Shown: positions 31,252 through 40,686, counted from the first letter of the stretch. The stretch: 55,213 bases of DNA from a virus (IMGVR_UViG_2698536646_000013); one strand, 5' to 3'. A program made the numbers and translations. The notes: a model not told the origin generated them from the sequence alone.

Positions 31252-32137
31252 TTGTCACCCCCATTGATATGCAGGGTGTCTTCTTCCTGTATTTTTCGTG
31301 AAGGATTTTTACTGCAGCGTTGTTCCAGGTGACCTGATGGTGAATGCGTTTATGACTGGCACCCATAAGTGAGATTTTTACGCACGACGGCGCATACATG
31401 ACGGAGTAAAAACTTTTAACGTAGGTTCCGGAATCCAGATACAGCTCGGTCATTCCGCCGCTGTTTTTCTGCGTCTGTTTCTGCCCTAACTGGACAGCAC
31501 CGATCGTCATAAACAATTCACCACAGCGACCGAGATTCGTGTACGTATTCACATCCTCGTTAATGCGCCCCATGAATGAGAACGGTCGATCAACCGAACA
31601 GATAAAGCTGTTCATTGCCTTGCGTTTCACCCACGAAGCATGGCCGCCATTGTCACCAAGAAAATCCCCGCCCTGCGACATAGCGATGGAAAGAGCAGGT
31701 ATTGATTCGTAGTACGCAAGCATTTCAGAAAGGATCTCATCCAGTTTCCTTATCGGGAAATAGGCCTGGTCATAGTTGCGATCCACCCGAAACTGGAACT
31801 CGTGATAATCATCATCGAGCTGAATGAAGTATTTACACCCGACCAGTTTTGCCTGGTCGAAACAGGCATTACGGGCGTAAAAAATTGAGCGGCGGTCACT
31901 AAAATTATCGGCTTCGTCAAAACGACTAGCAATATCGGCTTTGGAAAATACCAGCACCTGTTCACCAAATTCAGCCATGTACTGATGCCGTGTCTTATCT
32001 TCATCATCAACAACGATAAAAATTTTCCCGGTATAGCCAGCACGACGCAACGTCCGGTAAGTCAGAACTTTGTCCGGTCGCCCGTGAGTCAGAATAAAGG
32101 CGCAAAAATCATCACGCATATTCCTCCTCCCCGCCAT
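31187..32137 (-). CDS. YdaY-like protein with glycosyltransferase-like (GT-A) motifs
   Basis: 316 aa, FILTHGRPD...IVVDDEDK...IQLDDDY (DxD-type motifs). Occupies the position of the Rac ydaY pseudogene between ynaK and the terminase. Confidence 0.65.
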   Translation of the reverse strand: MAGRRNMRDDFCAFILTHGRPDKVLTYRTLRRAGYTGKIFIVVDDEDKTRHQYMAEFGEQVLVFSKADIASRFDEADNFSDRRSIFYARNACFDQAKLVGCKYFIQLDDDYHEFQFRVDRNYDQAYFPIRKLDEILSEMLAYYESIPALSIAMSQGGDFLGDNGGHASWVKRKAMNSFICSVDRPFSFMGRINEDVNTYTNLGRCGELFMTIGAVQLGQKQTQKNSGGMTELYLDSGTYVKSFYSVMYAPSCVKISLMGASHKRIHHQVTWNNAAVKILHEKYRKKTPCISMGVTNDSVFESRVSGSVPDDCTTNR

Positions 32138-32900
32138 GCATGATCTCCACCATGCGCTGCGTCATTCGGACAAATCCATTTTCAATAGCCTGCTGATAAT
32201 CAATGATCACCAGCGCCGACTCCTCGAAAAGGCACTGAATTTCAGCGGGGGCATGAGCGTAATAGTCCGCAATTCTGCTGAAATTAAACACCGTGTGACG
32301 TTCTGCTGCACACAGGAGGAATTTCTCAATATCAGGATCAAGGGACGCCGAACGTATCCGGCTGATCAGCTCCTGAGTTTTCGTATCGTCGTACAGTTCA
32401 CTGATATCCGGTTTACCGCCTGACGGCTCATAAACAGGCGTATCAATTTTCGTCGTATACGGCTCCTCCTCATTTCCTGTACCGGGCAAAACATCCGTCA
32501 ACAGTTCATCAATTTCTGCCGGGATGAAGCCTGTCAGGGAGACATCAAAATCAGCATTGATTAGGTCCGACAGCTCCATCCGCAACAGATCTTCATCCCA
32601 GCCAGCATTCATCGGCAGGCGATTATCTGCCAGGCGGTACGCCTTTTTCTGCTCATCCGTCAGGCCAGACAGAACAATGACCGGAACAGAATCCATTTTG
32701 AGCATTTCAGCCGCCATAACACGACCGTGACCCGCAATAATTTCGCCCTTTTCGTCAATCAGCACCGGATTAGTCCAGCCGAATTGCTTAATACTTTCTA
32801 CCAGTTGTGCCACCTGCTCAGTACTGTGCGTCCTGGCGTTGTGCGCATACGGTGACAATTCTTGTAATGGGCGATAGACTATCTTTAATTTCTCGCTCAT
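32112..32900 (-). CDS. ParB-like nuclease domain protein (YnaK-like)
   Basis: 262 aa, N-terminal ParB/Srx signature LQELSPYAHNARTH...NPVLIDEKGEIIAGHGRVMAA. Confidence 0.8.
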   Translation of the reverse strand: MSEKLKIVYRPLQELSPYAHNARTHSTEQVAQLVESIKQFGWTNPVLIDEKGEIIAGHGRVMAAEMLKMDSVPVIVLSGLTDEQKKAYRLADNRLPMNAGWDEDLLRMELSDLINADFDVSLTGFIPAEIDELLTDVLPGTGNEEEPYTTKIDTPVYEPSGGKPDISELYDDTKTQELISRIRSASLDPDIEKFLLCAAERHTVFNFSRIADYYAHAPAEIQCLFEESALVIIDYQQAIENGFVRMTQRMVEIMHGGEEEYA

Positions 32901-33037
32901 ACAGCCTTGCTTTATGAATAAAACGCACCCCAGCAGCCAGTGCTACTGGGGGCGGAGGTGTTGCTGGTAAAGTTAGGTATTGGATCAATGAGTGAGTCAA
33001 CATAATATTAAACTCACAATTATAAATCAGCCATATA

Positions 33038-34495
33038 TTAGGAGCGCCAAAAAAAACCTGAAAACAATATAATAACAGGATAAATTTCAAGGCGACCAAG
33101 AATCATAGCTATGCACATTAAATATTTTGCAATGTCATTAAGCACTCCGAATGACGATGCAGTAGCCCCAAAACCTAATCCCATATTATTAATACATGCA
33201 GCCACTGTTGCAAATGATGTAAGAAAATCATATCCCATACCATTTAACACCAGTATAAAAAACACCGTGAAGAGAGTATAAAGAAAAAAGAAACTCCATA
33301 CAGACCTCATTACACGATCTGTAACTATCTTCCCTCCTACATTTACACTCAACAACGCTCTGGGATGAGAAAGCTGATTTATCTCGTGTTTGCTTTGTTT
33401 GAAAAGTATAAGAAATCGAAGTGACTTAATTCCACCACAGGTTGAACCTATACATCCCCCAAAGAAACTTGACAACAGCAAAAACACTATCGTGTGCGTG
33501 GGCCAGTTTGCATAATCCTGCGTAGCTAAACCATTATCAGTGAGCATGGAGCTGGCAAGAAAAAACGAATGAATAAAACTTCCATGCAAGTCATACATAC
33601 CTATATGCCAGACCTGGAAAGAGGTAACAATGATCACCCCTAAGGCTATTAACAGAAAGAAACGAAGTTCAATATCTCTGATTAAAGGTTTTATCGTTTT
33701 TCTGCTAATAACAATATACCAAAGAGTGAAGTTGAAAGCCGATAGCAGGGAAAAAGAACCAGCCACCAGCTCAACCAAATAGTTATTAAAATATCCGATA
33801 CTCTCGCTATGAGTTGAGAAACCACCAAGCGAAACTGTGGAAATCCCGTGACAAATAGCATCAAACAAAGGCATTCCTGCAAGTCTATAACAGACAATAC
33901 AAGCAATACCTAATAAAGAATAAGTTATCCACAGTGTCCGTGACGTATCGGCCAGGCGGGGAGTGAGTTTGTCATCCTTAAATGGCCCCGGCATTTCTGA
34001 CTGATAAAGCTTTGCACCACCAATACCCAATAATGGCAATACTGCAACCGCCAGAACAATAACTCCTAAACCACCTATAAAATTTAACTGTGACCGATAG
34101 TACAAATATGCCCGAGGTAATGAACTAACATCATCAATTACAGTTGCTCCTGTTGTTGTTATTCCAGAAACCCCTTCAAACAGAGCATCAATGAACGTTA
34201 AATTAAGTTCTGAGTCAATCCATAAAGGGAATGCACTAATAACAGAAAACAAAATCCAAAACATTACAATTATAATAAACCCATCACGGGTACGTAATTG
34301 AATGCCAGATTTCTTAGTTGTATACCACGCTCCGCCACCAATGCAAAAAAATATAACGAAAGTTATAAAGAAAACGAACAGGCTTTTTTCTTTATAAAAC
34401 AATGCTACAACCATTGGTGGCAACATTGAAAGACTATAGAGCCAAACCAGGAACCCACACATATGAGTAACAACTCTTACATGAGATGTATTCAT
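33038..34495 (-). CDS. trkG: Trk-system potassium uptake protein TrkG
   Basis: 485 aa from MNTSHVRVVTHMCGFLVWLYS (ATG 34495), multi-pass TrkH/TrkG transporter. trkG is a known Rac prophage gene. Confidence 0.9.
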   Translation of the reverse strand: MNTSHVRVVTHMCGFLVWLYSLSMLPPMVVALFYKEKSLFVFFITFVIFFCIGGGAWYTTKKSGIQLRTRDGFIIIVMFWILFSVISAFPLWIDSELNLTFIDALFEGVSGITTTGATVIDDVSSLPRAYLYYRSQLNFIGGLGVIVLAVAVLPLLGIGGAKLYQSEMPGPFKDDKLTPRLADTSRTLWITYSLLGIACIVCYRLAGMPLFDAICHGISTVSLGGFSTHSESIGYFNNYLVELVAGSFSLLSAFNFTLWYIVISRKTIKPLIRDIELRFFLLIALGVIIVTSFQVWHIGMYDLHGSFIHSFFLASSMLTDNGLATQDYANWPTHTIVFLLLSSFFGGCIGSTCGGIKSLRFLILFKQSKHEINQLSHPRALLSVNVGGKIVTDRVMRSVWSFFFLYTLFTVFFILVLNGMGYDFLTSFATVAACINNMGLGFGATASSFGVLNDIAKYLMCIAMILGRLEIYPVIILFSGFFWRS

Positions 34496-34632
34496 ATCTA
34501 AATATTCTTTCAATTATAACCACCTTGCTGCAATATTATGATTATACTGTATAAAATTTAACTCCTCTTAGATCTTACTTCACTGTTCCTTATGAAACAA
34601 TCATCAAAATGAATCATATTGTAGTTAAGATT

Positions 34633-35097
34633 TTACTTTAAACACTGCTCGGTTATGTATTGCTGAGCACCTTCAAGTTGGGCCTGCATCATTACCAGTC
34701 GTTCCCGGAGGGTGAAATAATCCCGTTCAGCGGTGTCTGCCAGTCGGGGGGAGGCTGCATTATCCACGCCGGAGGCGGTGGTGGCTTCACGCACTGACTG
34801 ACAGACTGCTTTGATGTGCAACCGACGACGACCAGCGGCAACATCATCACGCAGAGCATCATTTTCAGCTTTCGCATCAGCTAACTCCTTCGTGTATTTT
34901 GCATCGAGCGCAGCAACATCACGCTGACGCATCTGCATGTCAGTAATTGCCGCGTTCGCCAGCTTCAGTTCTCTGGCATTTTTGTCGCGCTGGGCTTTGT
35001 AGGTAATGGCGTTATCACGGTAATGATTAACAGCCCATGACAGGCAGACGATGATGCAGATAACCAGAGCGGAGATAATCGCGGTTACTCTGTTCAT
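34633..35097 (-). CDS. Spanin inner-membrane subunit Rz
   Basis: [38 protein letters not shown]..., phage-21-type Rz. ATG overlaps the endolysin stop (ATGA). Confidence 0.85.
   Translation of the reverse strand: MNRVTAIISALVICIIVCLSWAVNHYRDNAITYKAQRDKNARELKLANAAITDMQMRQRDVAALDAKYTKELADAKAENDALRDDVAAGRRRLHIKAVCQSVREATTASGVDNAASPRLADTAERDYFTLRERLVMMQAQLEGAQQYITEQCLK
34692..34877 (-). CDS. Spanin outer-membrane lipoprotein Rz1, embedded in Rz in the +1 frame
   Basis: 61 aa, lipobox LVVVGC and proline-rich [18 protein letters not shown], entirely inside Rz. Confidence 0.8.
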   Translation of the reverse strand: MRKLKMMLCVMMLPLVVVGCTSKQSVSQCVKPPPPPAWIMQPPPDWQTPLNGIISPSGNDW

Positions 35098-35591
35098 TGC
35101 TGACCCCACAAACAGATTTCACGCTCAATCTCACGACGAGTCATGAGACCTTTCCATTGCTTACCGCCAGCATATGTCCAGCGACGTAGCTGATCACATG
35201 CGCCTTTGATATCGCCCTGGTTTATTTTGCGAAGAAGCGTCGATGTTCTGAAATTGCCAGCACCCACGTTGTAAACGAATGAGTAAAGAGCGCCGCGCGT
35301 TGTTTCCGGTATATCGACTTTGATGTACGGGTTAATTTGTCTGGCGACAGTGGCAAGGTCTTTATTCAAGAGTGTTTTGCATTCTGCTTTGGTATACGTT
35401 TTACCGAGCATGATGTCTTTTCCTGTATGCCCGTGACATACAGTCCATACACCAACAATATCTTTGTATGGTATGTAGCTGACACCTTCCAGACCATCGT
35501 TACCACTTGGGCCAGTGATTAACACTGATGCTATAGCAATTGCTCCGCCACCAATAGCAGCAGCAACGACTTTTCGTAATGATGGAGGCAT
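35094..35591 (-). CDS. SAR endolysin (T4-type lysozyme fold)
   Basis: 165 aa, N-terminal signal-anchor-release segment [18 protein letters not shown], then a lysozyme core. Phage-21-R-like. Confidence 0.9.
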   Translation of the reverse strand: MPPSLRKVVAAAIGGGAIAIASVLITGPSGNDGLEGVSYIPYKDIVGVWTVCHGHTGKDIMLGKTYTKAECKTLLNKDLATVARQINPYIKVDIPETTRGALYSFVYNVGAGNFRTSTLLRKINQGDIKGACDQLRRWTYAGGKQWKGLMTRREIEREICLWGQQ

Positions 35592-35806
35592 TATTCACCT
35601 CTCGCAGCCTTGCGCTTATCTTCTTTAATCTTGAAATAAAGGTTTGTCAGGTACGTCAGCAGGCCAAATACCAGACTACCCAGCACACCGATTGCAGCCC
35701 ACTGTGACGGAGTTACTCTATCGAGCAACTGTAAAAACCAGTAGCCAGCACTGCCTGCGGAGGTGCCGTAGGCAATGCCTGTTGAAATTTTGTCCATGGA
35801 TTTCAT
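35591..35806 (-). CDS. Class II holin (pinholin, phage-21-S-like)
   Basis: Start [14 protein letters not shown] with dual starts M1 and M4 (antiholin/holin). RBS GGAGGTGAGG. The ORF table shows a longer upstream extension. Confidence 0.85.
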   Translation of the reverse strand: MKSMDKISTGIAYGTSAGSAGYWFLQLLDRVTPSQWAAIGVLGSLVFGLLTYLTNLYFKIKEDKRKAARGE

Positions 35807-35904
35807 AGCCTCACCTCCGCACGGAACGGATGGCATAGTTATTATGTGTAGGCTTTCAGACACATCAATCAGAGCCTTAATTGATATATATGCTGGAGAC
35901 GATG

Positions 35905-35931
35905 CAATATAAAAAGCTCGCCGTAGCGAGC
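35905..35931 (-). terminator. Rho-independent terminator between lipoprotein gene and holin
   Basis: Stem agctcgc / gcgagct, loop cgta, followed on the minus strand by TTTTATATT. Confidence 0.45.
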
Positions 35932-36057
35932 TAATAAAATGTATTTCTCTGATATTATGTTTATTTGTATTAGCTCAGACTTGACATCACAGGTTTCGTA
36001 TATAGAACATCATCAAATCTGTCAGTTTGCTATGAATGAGATATAGTAATTGAAGAG

Positions 36058-36453
36058 CTAACCTCGCATGTCAAAGCCAGATTTCTGAAAATCTCTGTAG
36101 ACTTCCGGATTGTTGAAGGCCGGAAATTTGGCTTTATGAGCTGCGGACTTTATCGCTTCGCAATAGGCTTTATCACCGTTACTGGTAGATATTTTTAACG
36201 CCGTGCCATCCTGAGAGAATTCCATATGCAACCTGCATTTTTTCCCTTTCCAGTTATGCGGCTCATCAAGTTTGGCATTAATTGCAGCTCTGATTCCCCG
36301 CGCTTGCGCCCCCCATTCATCCTGATCATCCCAGCGTCCTGAACTGCAACTACCTGTAGCAGTAGTTTTGTGGCAATCTGAAGGGTGTAAAGGTGTGCAT
36401 CCCGCAACAAAACCGACCCAAAAAGTCAACATAACGATTTTCTTTAATCCCAC
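36058..36453 (-). CDS. Lipoprotein with TolA C-terminal (domain III)-like region, paralogue 1
   Basis: 131 aa, lipobox FVAGC, C-terminus ...GKKCRLHMEFSQDGTALKIS...FPAFNNPEVYRDFQKSGFDMRG. Paralogous to the next gene. Confidence 0.8.
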   Translation of the reverse strand: MGLKKIVMLTFWVGFVAGCTPLHPSDCHKTTATGSCSSGRWDDQDEWGAQARGIRAAINAKLDEPHNWKGKKCRLHMEFSQDGTALKISTSNGDKAYCEAIKSAAHKAKFPAFNNPEVYRDFQKSGFDMRG

Positions 36454-36603
36454 TTCTTGCTCCTCAATCCATTAAAATCTCAGCAATAGTAGTTGTTACG
36501 TCCGCCACTGGCTCAGAGCTGACTATCCGCTAAATTTAGCTCAGTGCCGTAGCTGTGTCAGAACAAACCTAAGCCGAAACCGTTTATTACAAAACAATAA
36601 ATA

Positions 36604-37032
36604 TCAGGGTTTAAAATCCAGCACCCCATTTTGAAATACTTTATATACTTCCGGCGAAGGGGGGGCAGGTATATCAGCATTCTTTATCGCATTCATCGCT
36701 TCACGACATAAATCGAGGTCTCCACTTTCTCTTTTAACCTCCAGTAGAAGGCCATTCGGGGCCATATGCATTCTCAGTGTACACTCTTTTCCTGAATACT
36801 TACTCGCATCCCCGAACTGTTTTTCGATGGCGCTCTTGATTTGATGGGCATACAGACGGATATCCTCACTAACATCAGAAGTACGTTCAGATGAACTCAC
36901 ATACTGTGTCTCTATTGCTTTATCGGAGTAATATGATGTACGGTCATGATAATTTGTCGATACAGCATCAGTGCACCCGATAATAATCCCACTAATAATC
37001 AACGTAAGAATTGATGCGCTACGAAAACCCAT
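36604..37032 (-). CDS. Lipoprotein with TolA C-terminal (domain III)-like region, paralogue 2
   Basis: 142 aa, lipobox IIGC, C-terminus YAHQIKSAIEKQFGDASKYSGKECTLRMHMAPNGLLLEVK...IPAPPSPEVYKVFQNGVLDFKP, which resembles the TolA C-terminal domain as I recall it. Confidence 0.8.
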   Translation of the reverse strand: MGFRSASILTLIISGIIIGCTDAVSTNYHDRTSYYSDKAIETQYVSSSERTSDVSEDIRLYAHQIKSAIEKQFGDASKYSGKECTLRMHMAPNGLLLEVKRESGDLDLCREAMNAIKNADIPAPPSPEVYKVFQNGVLDFKP

Positions 37033-37620
37033 TTTTCCTCACATATGTCATATAGTAAAGGATTATATATACCGTTGTTTTGGACGCTCAAACAGCGAAT
37101 CAGATCAAATAAAACGCACATTTGTTAACATTTACACAAAGTCTGCGTGGGATATTCTGAAAGAATATCCATAATGTGGAGAGAATCTATTGAAGTGCAT
37201 GGTGCCGGGTGCCTCCCGGTGAACAAAATGTTCGTGATACCTGTCGGCGACAGAAAAGGTTAATGGTATCACCCCACCGCACAGGGGGATTCACCATGCA
37301 GGAGTTTTCTTAGCAAACTCACTGCGCGCCCGGCAACTCCCAACCACATAAAATGCGGAGTTTGTGGCATTTATGCATATAACTCGCAGGAATTATCTTA
37401 AAAAACTGATGTCGATCCGGATTAAAAAGAAGCAGGTCATCATCAGATGACTGGAAAAAAGGAAAACAAAAAATACTCATCATACAGTTTTGATTGCAGG
37501 GATGAGCCTGCTATGCACAATATGCAGAATATAAGCAAGATAAAAATATGCAGGCATATTATTTCGGATCTTGTTATTAACACAACCTTTTTAATAATCA
37601 TTTGGCATACAATAAACCAG

Positions 37621-37650
37621 CCCAAAAAGAACCGCCTAAACAGGCGGTTG
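37621..37650 (-). terminator. Rho-independent terminator in the Q-to-lysis intergenic region
   Basis: Stem aaccgcc / ggcggtt, loop taaaca, followed on the minus strand by CTTTTTGGG. Confidence 0.5.
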
Positions 37651-37969
37651 GTCAATACAAAGGATGCTTCGTCTTTATTATAGTAATCTGAGGCGTCGGG
37701 TGTCTTGTATCAGACAACATATTGTCCCGCTAAACAGCGAATTACAAACCACCCTGCAATGATCTCTCATCTCATTTTATATGAGTTGACGACATCAGGA
37801 TAACGCATCATCAGCCCCTGCCAAGAAATATCAAAACTCCCGCCAGCAATGTGTTATCACAATATTGTAAAAAAAACACAGCACCGAAACTATAACTGGT
37901 CTCTGTTATAATTTGGAGCAGAAAGACCAGTTGCCCAACTAGCAGCATTCTCCCCTGCTTTCCTGACGT

Positions 37970-37997
37970 AAAAAAACCGCATTAAGCGGTTTTTTTA
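37970..37997. terminator. Bidirectional rho-independent terminator about 80 bp downstream of Q (tR'-like)
   Basis: A7-aaccgc-attaa-gcggtt-T7: hairpin flanked by an A-run and a T-run, so it can terminate on either strand. Confidence 0.55.
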
Positions 37998-38076
37998 CGA
38001 TGTCCATGTCTGCAATCCGCCTCGCGATACAGCTTTGCGAAGCATAGCAAAATTGAAGCAGTTTATACGTAAGAAA

Positions 38077-38619
38077 TCAAGCCATTTTCTCAGCAAATGA
38101 TTCACGCATGGGAATATATAGGGCATACTCAGCAACAGCTAACCAATTAGCAATCCGTTTTTCGCATGTGCTAAAACACCACTCTGGGTGTGCATCATTT
38201 AGCAATTCAGCCATTTTGCGCTTAGTCATCCCCCGCCCTTCATAGCGTTGCCGGAGAATGCAAATCAATCCTGGATGCTCTGCCAGCACCTCACTTATGA
38301 CTCGATCAATACATAACGCCTCTGCATCAGTACAATGCGCCAGCCAGCTCTTTTGCTTGCCGTTGATCATCTCTCGCAAAAACGCTTCCAGCTCAGCTTT
38401 CTCTATTCCCGCTTTTTTCATTCTGCGCAGGGCTTCATTAATGGCTGTTTTCGTCAGTTTTTTGGATGCCAACAACTGATTGAACATATTCCCTGACCTG
38501 CCACCGCCAATATACGACCAGCGCCCCCACATACGTAGTTTTCCCTGAATCCAGACACTTTCCAGCGTGGTGAGGCGAAGGTGTTCTCCGCTTTTTCCTG
38601 TATTCGTTGGGTAAATCAT
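38077..38619 (-). CDS. Late-gene antitermination protein Q
   Basis: 180 aa, located just upstream of the terminator-rich late leader and lysis genes. Start overlaps the ybcO-like stop (ATGA). Confidence 0.75.
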   Translation of the reverse strand: MIYPTNTGKSGEHLRLTTLESVWIQGKLRMWGRWSYIGGGRSGNMFNQLLASKKLTKTAINEALRRMKKAGIEKAELEAFLREMINGKQKSWLAHCTDAEALCIDRVISEVLAEHPGLICILRQRYEGRGMTKRKMAELLNDAHPEWCFSTCEKRIANWLAVAEYALYIPMRESFAEKMA

Positions 38620-38906
38620 AAATGACCTTTCTTTCTCCAGATTTCTTGTGTGCGAAAAACCCCTTCAGCATGCATCAGGCGCAATTCTTCTTTGGTGTAA
38701 TCGCTGGTTTTTACCCGCCCGTCGATTAGATCGTGGCATGAGCTACAGGCTATCGCCGCCTGCATATCATGTGGTTTTGTCGCTGTTCCGCACGTCCCCG
38801 CCAGCCTGTAATGCGCCAGCACAGAGGTTTCGGGATTGTGATTGCAGTAGCCAGGGATTCTGATCTGGCACATCTGGCCTTTAGCCGCTTTACGTAAATT
38901 CACCAT
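38616..38906 (-). CDS. YbcO-like protein (DUF1364)
   Basis: 96 aa, MVNLRKAAKGQMCQIRIPGYCNHNPETSVLAHYRLAG...ACSSCHD, matches DLP12 YbcO as I recall it. Confidence 0.8.
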   Translation of the reverse strand: MVNLRKAAKGQMCQIRIPGYCNHNPETSVLAHYRLAGTCGTATKPHDMQAAIACSSCHDLIDGRVKTSDYTKEELRLMHAEGVFRTQEIWRKKGHL

Positions 38907-39505
38907 TACGCAAACTCCAGTAGTTGTGCGGCCACATTTTCAACTTCCTCCTGAGAGGAGAATTTACGGAACAGAATCCAGTTCCACAGCACATTCAGTA
39001 CAGATTTATAAACCTGCTGAAACTCGACTTCGTCCATATTCGCAAAAGCGATGGATTTTGCCCGACGCCCACGGCTACCGTCCGGATAAATATGCTCGGT
39101 GTAAAATCCGGCCTGAATGGTTACCCACTCGCGGAAAGCCTCAAACGACTTTAGCAACGCCGTATCCCGGGTTCTACGAGTCGCAACGGTGTTAAGGTAT
39201 TGCTCTGCGGCATCACTCAGGGCTGGCGTGTGTTCCCGACCAACTGATTCGCACAGGTAATCAACGAAACCAGACAGCAGTTCTCGTTCGCGAGGCGTGA
39301 TCGCCCCACCGACCGGAGTCCAGTAATCGAATCCCAGTTGCAGGAGTTTGAAAAAACGCTTGTGGAATGCGTAGTTACGCACACGCTTAAAGTCTGCGTG
39401 TATCCACTCACCTATTTTGATTTGATGCAGAAAATCGCAACTCTCCGGCGTCGCCGGGAGAAGTAAACCAGAAGAGGTTTGTTTGACCAGTTGTATATGC
39501 GCCAT
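38906..39505 (-). CDS. DUF1367-family phage protein
   Basis: 199 aa, MAHIQLVKQTSSGLLLPATPESCDFLHQIKIGEWIHADFK..., a common nin-region protein of lambdoid prophages. Confidence 0.75.
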   Translation of the reverse strand: MAHIQLVKQTSSGLLLPATPESCDFLHQIKIGEWIHADFKRVRNYAFHKRFFKLLQLGFDYWTPVGGAITPRERELLSGFVDYLCESVGREHTPALSDAAEQYLNTVATRRTRDTALLKSFEAFREWVTIQAGFYTEHIYPDGSRGRRAKSIAFANMDEVEFQQVYKSVLNVLWNWILFRKFSSQEEVENVAAQLLEFA

Positions 39506-39785
39506 TTCTCAATCTCTCGATGGCGCAGCGCAGCAGATGCCAGTTGTTCAGGCTGACGAATAAAGTATAAATAAACTGGCTATGGTGTAAAGCCCCACAT
39601 AGCATGAACAAACACTACATATCAAATAGCTGGTACAAGGATAGAAATACGACACTTATTATTAAAAACGATTAGATAAATTACATTTTAATGTTATGCA
39701 AAAGTTCTTTTTTATCATAACATTTCAATAAAAGCATTACAGATGCAATCATCCCGTCATCATCAATTATTTAAGGTGGTTAAAC

Positions 39786-39872
39786 ATGGAAAATAACAAG
39801 TTCGCACATCTCGCTCCTTTTTTATCCGTAATCCTTTTCGCTTGTTGTTTTATATGGGCATTATTTTTATAA
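39786..39872 (+). CDS. Candidate small hydrophobic peptide (28 aa)
   Basis: MENNKFAHLAPFLSVILFACCFIWALFL, strong RBS AAGGTGG 6 nt upstream, in an ~800-bp AT-rich non-coding island. Hand-translated, not in the ORF table. Confidence 0.35.
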   Translation: MENNKFAHLAPFLSVILFACCFIWALFL

Positions 39873-40263
39873 AGTAGCCACATGATAAGTTGCTGGAATC
39901 ATATTTCCCACTCAAGTCATTAACATTTGATAAGATATATCTAAAAGGACGCCTTTACATTATTTATGCGTATATAATTTATTTATATACACAGTAAAGG
40001 TATCCTGGGAAAATATTTATCGTTAAAAAATACATCATAAATAATTAAGCTGAAATTTCAGAACACAACTAATACACACAATAAGGTTCAGTAACAGTAA
40101 TCTATGTGGACTACATCGAGATTTTTTGATTAAACTTTAATAACTTATTCCTAACACACAGAATGCATAAACTAAAAGTAAAACAAATAGTTATACGAAA
40201 AACAACCATATTTATTCTATCTTCTCCTCTAATCAACATATCAATTATGTGTTTCATAACAGC

Positions 40264-40303
40264 TTGACATAACCCTCCAAAAGATGCATTTTTAATGCAT
40301 GTT
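40264..40303 (+). promoter_or_regulatory. Promoter with NsrR-type operator upstream of the yeaR-like gene
   Basis: -35 TTGACA at 40264-40269. AAGATGCATTT-T-TAATGCATGTT at 40281-40303 fits the 11-1-11 NsrR inverted repeat (AAGATGCATTT-N-AAATGCATCTT) at 20 of 22 positions. Confidence 0.5.
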
Positions 40304-40318
40304 TTGGAGGAGGTGGTT

Positions 40319-40657
40319 ATGACACACAAGAGAATTCCTAAAGATTGGGTAATCAAACGCTCAACTCCGTTCTTCACAAAAGAGAACGTACCTTCAGCGT
40401 TATTAACACATCATAATACAGCAGCAGGTGTTTTTGGGCAGTTGTGCGTAATGGAAGGCACTGTAACATATTATGGTTTTACTGATGAGAATGCTACTGA
40501 ACCGGAGATAAAAGTAGTCATTAATGCTGGCGCTTTTGCAACAAGCCCACCACAATACTGGCACCGTGTTGAACTAAGCGATGATGCTCAGTTTAATATT
40601 AACTTTTGGGTCGCTCCAGACTTTTCGGGCGAAAAAGTCTATAGCACCAAAAAATAG
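40319..40657 (+). CDS. YeaR-like protein (DUF1971, TehB-like cupin)
   Basis: 112 aa from MTHKRIPKDW, RBS GGAGGAGGTGG. RSTPFF...AAGVF...LCVMEGTVTYYGF..EP...AGAFA..PPQYWH...FNINFWVAP parallels K-12 YeaR. Confidence 0.85.
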   Translation: MTHKRIPKDWVIKRSTPFFTKENVPSALLTHHNTAAGVFGQLCVMEGTVTYYGFTDENATEPEIKVVINAGAFATSPPQYWHRVELSDDAQFNINFWVAPDFSGEKVYSTKK

Positions 40658-40686
40658 ATGATCATATTAAAAATGCTTTAACAGTC

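Noticed and set aside
36058-37032. Interpreting the two lipoproteins as Bor or Cor exclusion proteins
   Set aside because: They are larger (131 and 142 aa versus under 100 aa) and the C-terminus aligns by eye to TolA domain III rather than to Bor or Cor as I remember them.
37443-37683. Overlapping 70-aa minus and 78-aa plus hydrophobic ORFs in the Q-to-lysis leader
   Set aside because: They overlap each other antisense in an AT-rich terminator region with weak or absent RBS. Cannot support either as a gene; kept only as part of the non-coding-region finding.
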